Below, in pieces: positions 10,700-20,234 of a stretch of 64,000 nucleotides of DNA. The notes under the pieces were generated by a model. The model was not told the DNA's origin. It did no database searches and saw only the letters and a program-made list of their open reading frames with translations. Location: contig CAVRCF010000002.1 in the NCBI GenBank assembly GCA_963719505.1, forward strand, positions 256,001 to 320,000. The letters run 5' to 3'. Origin of the DNA: Halobacteriovoraceae bacterium (GTDB lineage Bacteria; Bdellovibrionota; Bacteriovoracia; Bacteriovoracales; Bacteriovoracaceae). How positions within the stretch are numbered: the first letter of the stretch is position 1; every line of letters starts with the position of its first letter. A program made the translations under genes and the position numbers.

Positions 10700-11703
10700 T
10701 GGGCTTGTTTGAGCGTTATCTAAGTATTTGGGTTGCTCTGTGTATTGTCGGAGGGATCATTCTCGGGAAAATACTGGGAAGCTCTATTACTGTTTTAAGT
10801 GAGATGAATATTGCGACAGTAAATATTCCTGTAGCGATTTTAGTATGGCTTATGATTTTTCCTATGATGGTTCAGATTGACTTTAGCTCAATTAAAGATG
10901 TTGGGAGAAATCCCAAAGGCTTGCTTTAACACTAATTATAAATTGGATTATTAAACCATTTACAATGGCTTTTTTTGCATGGATCTTTTTTGATAAAATA
11001 TTTTCGGCTTATCTAACACCAGAACTTGCGAGTGAGTATATAGCTGGAGCAATACTCTTAGGAGCAGCTCCATGTACGGCAATGGTTTTTGTATGGTCAT
11101 ACCTTACAAAAGGAGATCCAGAGTATACACTGGTTCAAGTCGCTATAAATGACTTAGTTCTTCTGATGGCATTTATTCCCATCGTTAAATTTCTACTAGG
11201 AGTAACAAATATTGTGATTCCTTATGACACTCTAATCACTCAGTTGTCATTTTTGTCGTTGTACCACTAGTTGCTGGATATATTTGCAATAAAGTTCTGA
11301 TTAAATCATTCGGAGAAATGTGGTTTAAGACTGTTTTTATGGCAAAATTTAAACCTGTTTCAATTTTGGCGCTTTTATCAACTTTGTATTACTGTTTGCT
11401 TTTCAAGGCGAGAAAATTATTGCGACTCCATTTAATATTTTACTAATTGCGATTCCTTTAACTATTCAGACTTATTTTATCTTTTTTGTTGCTTGGGGAA
11501 TTGGAAAGAAAATGAAACTTCCTCACTGTGTGCTCTCTCCAGGATCGATGATTGGAGCAAGTAACTTTTTTGAACTCGCAGTTGCTGTTGCGATTGCGCT
11601 ATTTGGACTAAATTCTGGAGCGGCCTTGTTACTGTTGTAGGTGTTCTTATCGAAGTTCCTGTAATGTTAAGCTTGGTAAATTTCAAATAAGTGGAGATAC
11701 TAG
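10699..11703 (+). pseudogene. acr3: ACR3-family arsenite efflux transporter, several apparent frameshifts
   Basis: FERYLSIWVALC, GAAPCTAMVFVWS, GASNFFELAVAVAI and VGVLIEVPVML in successive frames. Confidence 0.9.
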
Positions 11704-11718
11704 TGGAGTATTTAAAGA

Positions 11719-12322
11719 ATGAACAATTTAACTTAATCCCTCATGGAATTGATGTCAGTGAACACAAACCTAGAATTTTAATTCTCTATGGCTCTCTTCG
11801 AGAAAGATCCTACTCAAAACTTCTTGCACAAGAAGCGGGAAGAATTCTAGAATTTATGGGAGCGAAGTTAAATTTTTTAATCCTGAAGGTCTGCCTCTCT
11901 TCGATAATGGTAAGTCGGATGATCATCCAAAAGTTCAAGAACTTAGAGAACTGAGCTTATGGTCTGAAGGGCAAGTTTGGTCATCTCCTGAGCTTCATGG
12001 AAACATATCAGGACTTATGAAAACGCAAATCGATTGGATTCCACTTACATTGGGGCTGTTAGACCAACTCAGGGAAGAACACTTAGCTGTTATGCAAGTA
12101 AGCGGAGGGTCTCAAAGTTTTAATGCTGTAAACAGATGAGACTTCTTGGACGATGGATGCGGATGATTACTATTCCCAACCAATCATCTGTGGCCAAGGC
12201 TTACTCAAGAATTTAATGAAGACGGTACAATGAAAGACTCGGCTTTTAGAGATAGAGTGGTTGATGTCATGGAAGAGCTTATTGCAGCTTTGATTCTTTT
12301 GTTAAAACCTACACATTTTTAA
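11719..12322 (+). pseudogene. arsH: Arsenical resistance NADPH-dependent FMN reductase, several apparent frameshifts; start uncertain (11691-11719)
   Basis: [69 protein letters not shown]. Confidence 0.88.
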
Positions 12323-12398
12323 GAAGGGATGTTTATGTTTATCTTCTTAAATTCCTCTACATTTGAAGGTCAGAATACTTAATATAGAGGAGAGTTAT

Positions 12399-13076
12399 AT
12401 GAGTGATAAAGTTTTATTAATTACAGGTGCATCGAGTGGAATTGGTCGAGCAACGGCTTTTATGGCCGCTAAAAATGGATATAAACTCGCTTTGCTTGCC
12501 AGAAGAGAAGATAAATTAAACGAAATCGTAAGTGAAGTTGGTGAAGATAACGCCATCGCAATTGCCACTGATGTCACTAATATGCAACAGCTAGGGACAG
12601 CGATTCACAAAACGGTTGATAAATTTGGAAGAATCGATGCAGTCTTTGCTAATGCAGGTAAAGGTCTTAATAAAGCTGGAACAGAAAATGGCGATCCAGG
12701 AGAGTGGGATGAGATGATTGATCTAAATGTAAAATCTCTTCTATGGACGGCGAAGATGACATTGCCACATTTGAGAAAGACCAAAGGACATTTTCTTATA
12801 ACGAGTTCGGTGGCCGGAAAGATTCATATGGCGGGCTCTGTTTACGGCGCTTCTAAATGGTTTGCTTCAGGCTTTGGGCATAATTTAGCAAGAGAGATGA
12901 AAGAGTGGGGTGGCAGGTGCACAACTATCTGTCCAGGAATGGTAGATACTGAATTCTTTGATGAACCAAAGTCAGATAAGTTAAAACCAAATGATATTGC
13001 AGACGCTGTGGTTTTTGCCTTAAATTCTCCTCCTCATACGACGATAAGAGAGATTGAAGTCATGCCAACTAATTAA
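12399..13076 (+). CDS. Short-chain dehydrogenase/reductase
   Basis: TGASSGIG, NAG and YGASK motifs; RBS favours ATG 12399. Confidence 0.92.
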   Translation: MSDKVLLITGASSGIGRATAFMAAKNGYKLALLARREDKLNEIVSEVGEDNAIAIATDVTNMQQLGTAIHKTVDKFGRIDAVFANAGKGLNKAGTENGDPGEWDEMIDLNVKSLLWTAKMTLPHLRKTKGHFLITSSVAGKIHMAGSVYGASKWFASGFGHNLAREMKEWGGRCTTICPGMVDTEFFDEPKSDKLKPNDIADAVVFALNSPPHTTIREIEVMPTN

Positions 13077-13135
13077 ACTTAAAGTTAACAGGTGAAGAGT
13101 TTTACTTATTAACGCTTTAGGCCTTAAAATAGTTC

Positions 13136-14029
13136 ATGAATAAATTCCTCATCGCGCTTATCCTTCTCATTCCTTTGGCCCAAGCTGAGTTTAATATAAA
13201 TTACGACTTAGATATCCAAAAGGTTTCAGGTGGAATAAAAGAAGGAATTGCAGCTCAAGGTAACTTATTTTTAATTTATGATCACGACGAGAAAAATCAT
13301 AGGTGGAGAGGGTCAATAATTGGAACTCACGGAAATTCACCCGCCGATCTCGTAGGGGATTTGCAGACAACCTCTAATTTAGATATTGGTGGTATAAATA
13401 CTCTAAAGGTTTTTGAGCTTTTTTATGATTTTAATGTCAATAAGCTAAAAGTTTTAGGTGGAATGTTTGATCTGGCCAGTGAGTTTAATGTGACTGATCC
13501 AGCATCTCTTTTTATTCATTCCTCTCCTGGTACTTCTGCCGGTCTGGCCAGTGCTGGAGAATTTGGAACTGCCTTTAATCCATTTTCAGCTTTAAGTGTG
13601 AGAGCGCATTACGATCTTTCTAGTAAATCATATTTAAAAAGTGCCACGACTGATGCAACTCCTTTTCATCCAGATAATCCTTTTGGAACTCAATTTTCAG
13701 TTAATGAAGATGAGGGGTACTTCTTTATTCATGAGTTTGGTTTTTTTAGTGAGGATAAATATAAATTTGCCATGGGCCTTTGGCACTTCTCTAAAAACGC
13801 AGAAAGAGGATACTATCTAAATCTAGACTATAAAGTCTCAAATGCCTTTCACCCTTTTTTACGGTATGGAAAAGTTAATGAGGATGCACAGGTCTTTGAA
13901 TCCAATAGTGTTATCGGCTTTACCTCTATGAACTGGGGAGTGATGTATTCTAGTGTGAATTTAGCACCTGCGGTTAATTCCTCAAAAGTAGAAGAGGCAC
14001 TGGAGATTAGTTCAAAAACTACCCGTTGA
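13136..14029 (+). CDS. OprB-family carbohydrate-selective porin, apparently C-terminally truncated
   Basis: LVGDLQTTSNLD, GMFDLASEF and FIHSSPG motifs; lacks the final barrel strands and terminal aromatic residue. Confidence 0.7.
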   Translation: MNKFLIALILLIPLAQAEFNINYDLDIQKVSGGIKEGIAAQGNLFLIYDHDEKNHRWRGSIIGTHGNSPADLVGDLQTTSNLDIGGINTLKVFELFYDFNVNKLKVLGGMFDLASEFNVTDPASLFIHSSPGTSAGLASAGEFGTAFNPFSALSVRAHYDLSSKSYLKSATTDATPFHPDNPFGTQFSVNEDEGYFFIHEFGFFSEDKYKFAMGLWHFSKNAERGYYLNLDYKVSNAFHPFLRYGKVNEDAQVFESNSVIGFTSMNWGVMYSSVNLAPAVNSSKVEEALEISSKTTR

Positions 14030-14259
14030 GACAGGGAATTTCTCTATATCCTTATATGCACAGCGAGTTCCTAGAAGTTCAGGAAGAGGCGCTTGCGCTT
14101 TTTAAAAGTCTGATGGGGATGAGAAGACGTTAAATTTTGAAAAAGCTCACCGTGATATTATTGAACGATTTGGAAGATACCCTCATCGCAATAAAATTCT
14201 TGGGCGAGTATCGTCCCAACAGGAATTAGACTTCTTAGCTCAACCGGGCGATCTTTTAG
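14013..14259 (+). pseudogene. 3' fragment of a DUF924-family gene, frameshifted
   Basis: Manual translation: PYMHSEFLEVQEEALALF, then FEKAHRDIIERFGRYPHRNKILGRVSSQQELDFLAQPG in another frame. Confidence 0.8.
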
Positions 14260-14322
14260 GCCAATTCGCTAAATACTACAGGGTCCTTTATTTTCCAAAG
14301 CCTTCGTGTTACTTGCATGCCC

Positions 14323-14703
14323 ATGAAAACATTATCATTTTTATTTCTTCTGACTTTTAGTGCCTTTGGGCAAGCTTCTACTTTGGCCGATGATTTTTCC
14401 TCCTCAGAAATTGAGGTTATGGGGGGAAATTATATGAGTGAGCTGTATTTGTTTCTAGATGACGTTTACTGCGATAGTAGTGAAGTTCGTTTTGCTATTA
14501 CTCGCGACTACTGCATTCAATCTTATCTAAAAGAGCTTCTTTTAATTAAGAAAAATAACTGGGCGGGCTACTTTATCAAAGAAGCCCCTGGGATTTACTC
14601 AAAGCTTGATATTATGCTGGAAGGGTCACCCATCTCGTGTGAAGTGACTCTTGAAGTTTTTGATTCAAAAAAACACCAGTTTAATATTTACTGCGATCAC
14701 TAA
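14323..14703 (+). CDS. Secreted hypothetical protein
   Basis: Signal peptide; 4 Cys. Confidence 0.65.
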   Translation: MKTLSFLFLLTFSAFGQASTLADDFSSSEIEVMGGNYMSELYLFLDDVYCDSSEVRFAITRDYCIQSYLKELLLIKKNNWAGYFIKEAPGIYSKLDIMLEGSPISCEVTLEVFDSKKHQFNIYCDH

Positions 14704-14798
14704 GCCCATTCATCAGTATAATATTTACACCTTGCACTAGATAAGAGTCCTCATTTAGGGTACTTGATAGGGAAACTTCTTATTAAAGGTGCCTTTTT

Positions 14799-15230
14799 AT
14801 GAAAATCTTTCTCGCAAGCTTATTGGTGATCTCTTTTGCTTTTGCTCAAGATAACTACCACGCCGAGCCGGCTCCATTTACTTGTTCTTTAGATGCTTGT
14901 TTAGTTGATTCTGAGGGATCTCAAATTGGCTTTTACCAAGTTGAAGATAGAGATGGATCCCCTTATCTAAAACTGAGCACAGAAAGCTCGATCTTTGATA
15001 TCGATACTAATAGTTTATGTTTTACAGGAAACCCTTTGAAGGCTTCCAATATTTTAGATGGACTTATTGGTAATACAAATGCTGATTTTTATAATGGCGG
15101 TCATATCAATGTTCTATCGAGTACAGATGTTAAAGTGGACGCTCAAGTTGTGCAAAAACTTTTGGTCTTTGCTGATGACTATGAAACAGGTGATCAAGAA
15201 GAACTTGTCTCTGTTAAAAAATGTAAATAA
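14799..15230 (+). CDS. Secreted hypothetical protein
   Basis: Signal peptide ending AFA; 4 Cys. Confidence 0.7.
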   Translation: MKIFLASLLVISFAFAQDNYHAEPAPFTCSLDACLVDSEGSQIGFYQVEDRDGSPYLKLSTESSIFDIDTNSLCFTGNPLKASNILDGLIGNTNADFYNGGHINVLSSTDVKVDAQVVQKLLVFADDYETGDQEELVSVKKCK

Positions 15231-15242
15231 TTGGAGAATAGT

Positions 15243-15680
15243 ATGAATAAAAAAGCCTTAACTTCTTTACTCGCACTTAGTTCTTTAAGCTCGTTTTCTG
15301 CGGACATTCAATCTCTTCAAAATAGAGAAAGAGATAGTTTTTTTAGCTATGCTGAAGTTTATGACTGCAGCGCTGTAACGACATCATTTTTTGGAACCGT
15401 AAGAGAGTATAGAGCTTCTCTAGATCTAGATGCAAAGAGCTTACTTGTGACTTATATAAAAGATGGCGTCGCAAAGAGAAAGAGCTTTGATGTTCAGATG
15501 GATATGACAACGAGTGATAACAAAGTTGCTATCGTAACAAAAATTGCAGGAACCAGTCTCTCAAACATCTCTTCAGTTGTTATGGGGGTCTTTAATAAAA
15601 GAGAAAATAAAATAGAGAAGCTAAACCTCACTCTTATTAATGGTAAGTACGCCACTATCGACCTTGATTGTAGAGACTAG
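15243..15680 (+). CDS. Secreted hypothetical protein
   Basis: GGAG RBS, signal peptide, one Cys pair. Confidence 0.7.
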   Translation: MNKKALTSLLALSSLSSFSADIQSLQNRERDSFFSYAEVYDCSAVTTSFFGTVREYRASLDLDAKSLLVTYIKDGVAKRKSFDVQMDMTTSDNKVAIVTKIAGTSLSNISSVVMGVFNKRENKIEKLNLTLINGKYATIDLDCRD

Positions 15681-15796
15681 ATCTGAAAATATCCGACTTT
15701 CTTCCAAGTCATAGTCAAAAAGAGCAGTTCCTTTTAGAAGAAATAAAAGGGCTGCAAAAGAAAATCAAAAAAGACTTTTCTGATCAAGACCAACTT

Positions 15797-16315
15797 GTGC
15801 TTCTAAAATTAAAAGTTGGGTCTTCTCAAACACTCCTTCATGATAAAGAGGCACGGGCCTGTTGGATAAAAGCGGCTTCTTTTATAGAGGAGTCGGAAAA
15901 TATCTTTAGAATCGATGAGATTTTAAAACTTCATTTGCTTTTAAATCAAGAAGCAGGATTTAGGCAGGTCGATGTAGAAGCTGGTTTTTCTCAGTTTCCA
16001 ACTCCAGATAAGATTGAGCCTCTGTTTTCACAGTTTCTTGAACACTTAAAGACGATTGAATCAGATATATCTAAAGCCGCTTTTATTTATCAAGTCATCT
16101 GCAGTATTCATCCATTTGTAGATGCCAATGCGAGGATTGCTAGGTTAATGGCCAACTCGGTTTTGATAAAGACGGGAAATCTAGCGGTCATCTTTCCTGA
16201 TCAAGCTTCAGGATTTGTTATTCCAAAAGATCATCATCAGGACTATCATGCAATGGCATTAAAAAGAGTCTTACAAAGCGCGAATTGGATTTATCAATTG
16301 TTTTCAAGACAGTAG
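15797..16315 (+). CDS. Fic-domain protein with variant motif; frame is open upstream to 15674
   Basis: HPFVDANARIAR matches HPFxDGNGRxxR except two Gly-to-Ala changes; GFRQVDV flap motif. Confidence 0.8.
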   Translation: MLLKLKVGSSQTLLHDKEARACWIKAASFIEESENIFRIDEILKLHLLLNQEAGFRQVDVEAGFSQFPTPDKIEPLFSQFLEHLKTIESDISKAAFIYQVICSIHPFVDANARIARLMANSVLIKTGNLAVIFPDQASGFVIPKDHHQDYHAMALKRVLQSANWIYQLFSRQ

Positions 16316-16350
16316 TATAAAAATGGGTACAAATTTTACGGGGAAATAAT

Positions 16351-16692
16351 ATGTGGTTAACAATAGGAAAGACGGTCGTGGCAGCGCTACTTATTAGTTA
16401 TGTTTCTTGGCTATCAGGAAAGAAAACGGGGTTAGCGGGTTTTCTCACAGCTTTACCACTAACAACCTTACTTGCTTTGGCGTTTTCTCAAATGGAGTGG
16501 GGTGATGGCAAGCAATCTGTTGAGTATGCCAAAAGTGTTTTTGTTGCCATACCGGTATCGTTATTATTTTTTATTCCATTTTTATTCGCACAGAAGCTCA
16601 ATTTAGGCTTTTGGTCTTGTTATATCTCTGGTGTTGTTCTTTTGGGTGTTGGATATTTTATCCATTCTCAGATTACTAAGTTTATTGTCTGA
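16351..16692 (+). CDS. DUF3147-like small membrane protein
   Basis: LAGFLTALPLTTLLAL motif; four TM helices. Confidence 0.7.
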   Translation: MWLTIGKTVVAALLISYVSWLSGKKTGLAGFLTALPLTTLLALAFSQMEWGDGKQSVEYAKSVFVAIPVSLLFFIPFLFAQKLNLGFWSCYISGVVLLGVGYFIHSQITKFIV

Positions 16693-16755
16693 GAGAAAGA
16701 AATGGATTCTTAATCGAAATATGTTCTCCGGTGGGAAGTTAAAGATAGGGTTAAT

Positions 16756-17724
16756 ATGTTATTATTTTTTGTCTCCATCGTAGCGGGTCTCATTCTTCTG
16801 GTGTGGAGCGCTGATAAGTTTGTAGATGGGGCATCAAATGTGGCCCGGCACTATGGAATGCCTCCACTGCTTGTGGGAATGGTCATTATTGGTTTTGGAA
16901 CTTCTGCTCCGGAGATGGTTGTTTCAGCTTTGGCTTCTTTTCAAGGAAATCCTGGTATCGCTTTAGGTAATGCCTATGGATCAAATATTGCCAATATCGC
17001 TTTAATACTTGGGATTACAGCGCTTTTAAAACCTATATCAGTTCATTCTCAAGTCCTTAAAAAAGAACTTCCCATTTTAACGCTCATCACTTTTTTAACG
17101 GTCTTTCTTCTATGGGACTTAAGTCTTTCTGTCCTGGATGCTGGTCTCCTTCTCATCGTTTTTCTTGGCTTTATGGTATGGACGATAAAAACAGGTTTGA
17201 AAAATAAAGATGATGCTTTTGCACAGGGAGTGGAGTTAGAGACAAAGAACGAAGATATCTCGATGAAAAAGTCTTATGTTTTTCTGACCTTTGGCTTTTT
17301 ACTTTTAATAGGAAGTTCTCGGTTACTTGTTTATGGAGCTGTTGGGGTTGCTTCGACGCTTGGAGTTTCAGATATTATTATAGGGTTAACTGTGGTTGCT
17401 GTTGGAACATCTCTTCCTGAACTTGCCTCATCTGTCATCGCCGCGCGAAAAGGTGAGTCAGATATTGCTTTAGGAAATATTCTTGGATCAAATTTATTCA
17501 ATACCCTCGCGGTGGTTGGGATTGCGGGCGTTGTGAATCCAATCTCGATTGATAAAGAGATTTATTACCGCGACCTAACAACGATGACTGTTTTAACTCT
17601 TACTCTTTTTATCTTCGGTTACGGTTTTAAAAAACAAGGGCGGATCAATAGGCTTGAAGGAGGACTTCTCTTGACGGCTTATATTACTTATACTGGCTAC
17701 CTGATTTTAAAAACCTTGCCATAG
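16756..17724 (+). CDS. Calcium/sodium antiporter (YrbG-like, CaCA family)
   Basis: Alpha repeats GTSAPE...GNAYGSN and GTSLPE...GNILGSN. Confidence 0.93.
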   Translation: MLLFFVSIVAGLILLVWSADKFVDGASNVARHYGMPPLLVGMVIIGFGTSAPEMVVSALASFQGNPGIALGNAYGSNIANIALILGITALLKPISVHSQVLKKELPILTLITFLTVFLLWDLSLSVLDAGLLLIVFLGFMVWTIKTGLKNKDDAFAQGVELETKNEDISMKKSYVFLTFGFLLLIGSSRLLVYGAVGVASTLGVSDIIIGLTVVAVGTSLPELASSVIAARKGESDIALGNILGSNLFNTLAVVGIAGVVNPISIDKEIYYRDLTTMTVLTLTLFIFGYGFKKQGRINRLEGGLLLTAYITYTGYLILKTLP

Positions 17725-17753
17725 AAATTTTTTAATACGTATGCTTTAAACCC

Positions 17754-18416
17754 TTACTCAACTACCACGTCTAAATAAACTTTCTTATTTGGCTCATCGA
17801 CTAAGGTGTAATGCCACCATTCTTTCGAGTAGTTTTTAAAACCAGCTAAGGCCATAATATCGACCAGGGTTTTTCTATTGTTAAGAGCTTCCTGAGAGAT
17901 ACTAGGATTAAGAGTATTAGATAAAGGGTCCAGATAATCATAAATCGTTCCCATATCTAGTGGGGATTTTTCTTTCTTATCATACAAAGTTAGATCCACA
18001 GTGCTTCCACGACTATGACCCGATTTAGTCGCTATATAGCCAAGTTTAAAGAGCTTATTCTTTTTTATATTGGGATAGTACTTTGACTTAGTTTTGAGAT
18101 CTTTTGCTTTTTTAGACCAGGCGATAAAGTGATCAACTCCTCTTTGTGGACGATAACAGTCGTGAACAAGGAGGCTTAAGTTCTTCGCCTCTGCAAGTTT
18201 TTGAGCTTTCCCCAAGGCCATGGCTGCAGATCTTGTGAGAAGACATTTATTAGCTTTATAGCCGTTAACCACACTTCCAACAAAATTATCAGTTGTGAAG
18301 TATTTCATCTGCACTTTAATATTTGAATCAACTGACTTCACATCAATAAGCTTTATGTTCGGCTCTTTAGCAAAAAGGGAGAAGCAAAACAGACAGAGGA
18401 CAAGTATTTTTGGCAT
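17754..18416 (-). CDS. ddpX: D-Ala-D-Ala dipeptidase (peptidase M15D, VanX/DdpX family), with signal peptide
   Basis: DCYRPQR, SGHSRGSTVDLT and EWWHY motifs. Confidence 0.9.
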   Translation of the reverse strand: MPKILVLCLFCFSLFAKEPNIKLIDVKSVDSNIKVQMKYFTTDNFVGSVVNGYKANKCLLTRSAAMALGKAQKLAEAKNLSLLVHDCYRPQRGVDHFIAWSKKAKDLKTKSKYYPNIKKNKLFKLGYIATKSGHSRGSTVDLTLYDKKEKSPLDMGTIYDYLDPLSNTLNPSISQEALNNRKTLVDIMALAGFKNYSKEWWHYTLVDEPNKKVYLDVVVE

Positions 18417-18873
18417 GGGTGAATCCTAAGAGTGATGAAAGTTTAAAATCAAACCAATCATTATCATTTTGTTCAAGCTCACAGTCAAAGAAGGTGATTT
18501 TATTACTTTCGGTTAGCTTTATAATGAGCTCACCTCTTTTTATTTTTCTAAGCTCCACAGATAAAGCTGACGTTTGAAAGCTAAAGGTTTTTGAATCGAT
18601 TTGCTCTAAAACGAGTTGATCGAGTTTATGGGCGGCTAAATTGAGTTTTACTTTGTTGGATCTTCTTAAATACTTCTTTATGCGCAGAGAGTTTTTAAGC
18701 TCGATTTGAGATAAAAGCCCAACTTGTTCACATTCATAGTTATCATTTGTAATGAACTTTCTACTGGTGTTGATCGCTTGGTTTTCGAACTTATCTTCTA
18801 GTTCATAATAGTCGCCAGAGGCAAGTACTGATCCCGATAGAACGAGAGCACAGAGAAGAATATTAAATTTCAT
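18367..18873 (-). CDS. Secreted hypothetical protein
   Basis: Signal peptide; overlaps the ddpX start by 50 bp, so its 3' end may be mis-framed. Confidence 0.55.
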   Translation of the reverse strand: MKFNILLCALVLSGSVLASGDYYELEDKFENQAINTSRKFITNDNYECEQVGLLSQIELKNSLRIKKYLRRSNKVKLNLAAHKLDQLVLEQIDSKTFSFQTSALSVELRKIKRGELIIKLTESNKITFFDCELEQNDNDWFDFKLSSLLGFTHAKNTCPLSVLLLPFC

Positions 18874-19012
18874 GTTAATCCTTTGGTATTTCTATAGAAG
18901 CAGGATTTAACAAGTAAAGAGGGGGAATTCAAGGAAAAAGGTTGAGAGTGTGAAGGGATGACCCATGATTTATGCATGATGAGAGATATCCTCACCATGC
19001 ATAATCTTAGAG

Positions 19013-19258
19013 CTATTTGTTAAAAGTTGAAGGTGAACCCATGATGGCATGTCTTGGTACTTCGAATCCCACTTCTGGAGATTCTACAACACTTGCAGTT
19101 GATCTCTCTGATGGCTTCGGTGACACTTTTTCACTGTGCTTTTCGCACTTTTGTCCGCTTTTTTTCATTTTACAAGCCTCTTTCTTAACACCAGAGCTAA
19201 AAGCAAAGGCACCTGTTGAGAAACTTGCGACAATCATAAAGGTTAAAAGACGTTTCAT
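19013..19258 (-). CDS. Small secreted protein
   Basis: ATG 19258 after AAGGAG; signal peptide ending AFA; downstream hairpin at ~18972-19002. Confidence 0.65.
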   Translation of the reverse strand: MKRLLTFMIVASFSTGAFAFSSGVKKEACKMKKSGQKCEKHSEKVSPKPSERSTASVVESPEVGFEVPRHAIMGSPSTFNK

Positions 19259-19468
19259 TAAATCTCCTTGGGTTATCATCGAAGTGTTATCACCCGGCAA
19301 ACACACTGATTGATTTCTCAGCCATTGCCCTATCGATAGAAGACTTCTCGGATATATTTAAAATTTAGTTTAATAATTCTTTTGAAAGAGCCTAAGGCCA
19401 TGTCTTTGAAATCTGGTTAAAAAAGTGAACTGTCTAATTGATGTGAAAAGGTTTAAAGCCTTGGGGAG

Positions 19469-20164
19469 CTACTTTCTGAATCTTAGCTTAAGCAAATCGA
19501 GAATCATTTGCATTCCGTCGCGAATAATACTTACGCGACTTCCGTCTTTTTGAACCCATTGGACGGGCATCTGCTTAATCTTATATTTGGGCTCAGCTTT
19601 TAATAGAATTTCCAAATCAAAACTAAAACCAAGAAAATGGAGATTGGAAAATAAATCTATCGCCACTTTTGTTTTAAAAAGCTTAAAGCCACACTGCGTG
19701 TCTTGTGTTTTAAAATTTACGATGGAGTGGACGATCGTATAGAAGACTTTTGAACTTAATCTTCTTTTTAAAGAACTGGTAACTTGGCTTTGAGAGTGAA
19801 AGCGATTGGCCACAACGAGATCGACATCTGTTTGAGTCATTTCTTCATAAAAATGATTAATACATTTCAAAGAAGTAGAAAGATCGAGGTCCATGATGAG
19901 AACCTGGTCAGTTTCAACTTGTTTTATACCTGCGGCAATGGCGCCACCTTTACCTGAATTCTGTGTTAAGGATATAACCTGAATATCGATGGGAAAGTCT
20001 TGCGCGAGGGCTTTGGTCTCATCTGTCGACCCATCATCGACGATGATGAATTTTACAGGAATGGATGAATTTGTCTCAGTCCAAGCTTTAAGTTGCAAAA
20101 GTGAACTAGGAAGTCGCTTCGCTTCATTGTAGCAAGGAATAAGCAAGGTAAGCGTTGGCTTCAA
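19469..20164 (-). CDS. GT2 polyprenol-phosphate glycosyltransferase (DPM/ALG5-like)
   Basis: IPCYNE, VDDGSTD, NSGKGGA, DLD, DTQCGFKLF and FSFDLE motifs. Confidence 0.9.
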   Translation of the reverse strand: MKPTLTLLIPCYNEAKRLPSSLLQLKAWTETNSSIPVKFIIVDDGSTDETKALAQDFPIDIQVISLTQNSGKGGAIAAGIKQVETDQVLIMDLDLSTSLKCINHFYEEMTQTDVDLVVANRFHSQSQVTSSLKRRLSSKVFYTIVHSIVNFKTQDTQCGFKLFKTKVAIDLFSNLHFLGFSFDLEILLKAEPKYKIKQMPVQWVQKDGSRVSIIRDGMQMILDLLKLRFRK

Positions 20165-20234
20165 TATGAGTCCTTTAAATCATTAATTATACACTTTTTA
20201 TTTAAAGCAGCAAAACTTTGTTCTATAATGGGTT

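Noticed and set aside
18950-19045. Imperfect direct repeat TGAAGG..ACCCATGAT flanking a hairpin
   Set aside because: Only two short imperfect copies; not a CRISPR array or recognisable att site
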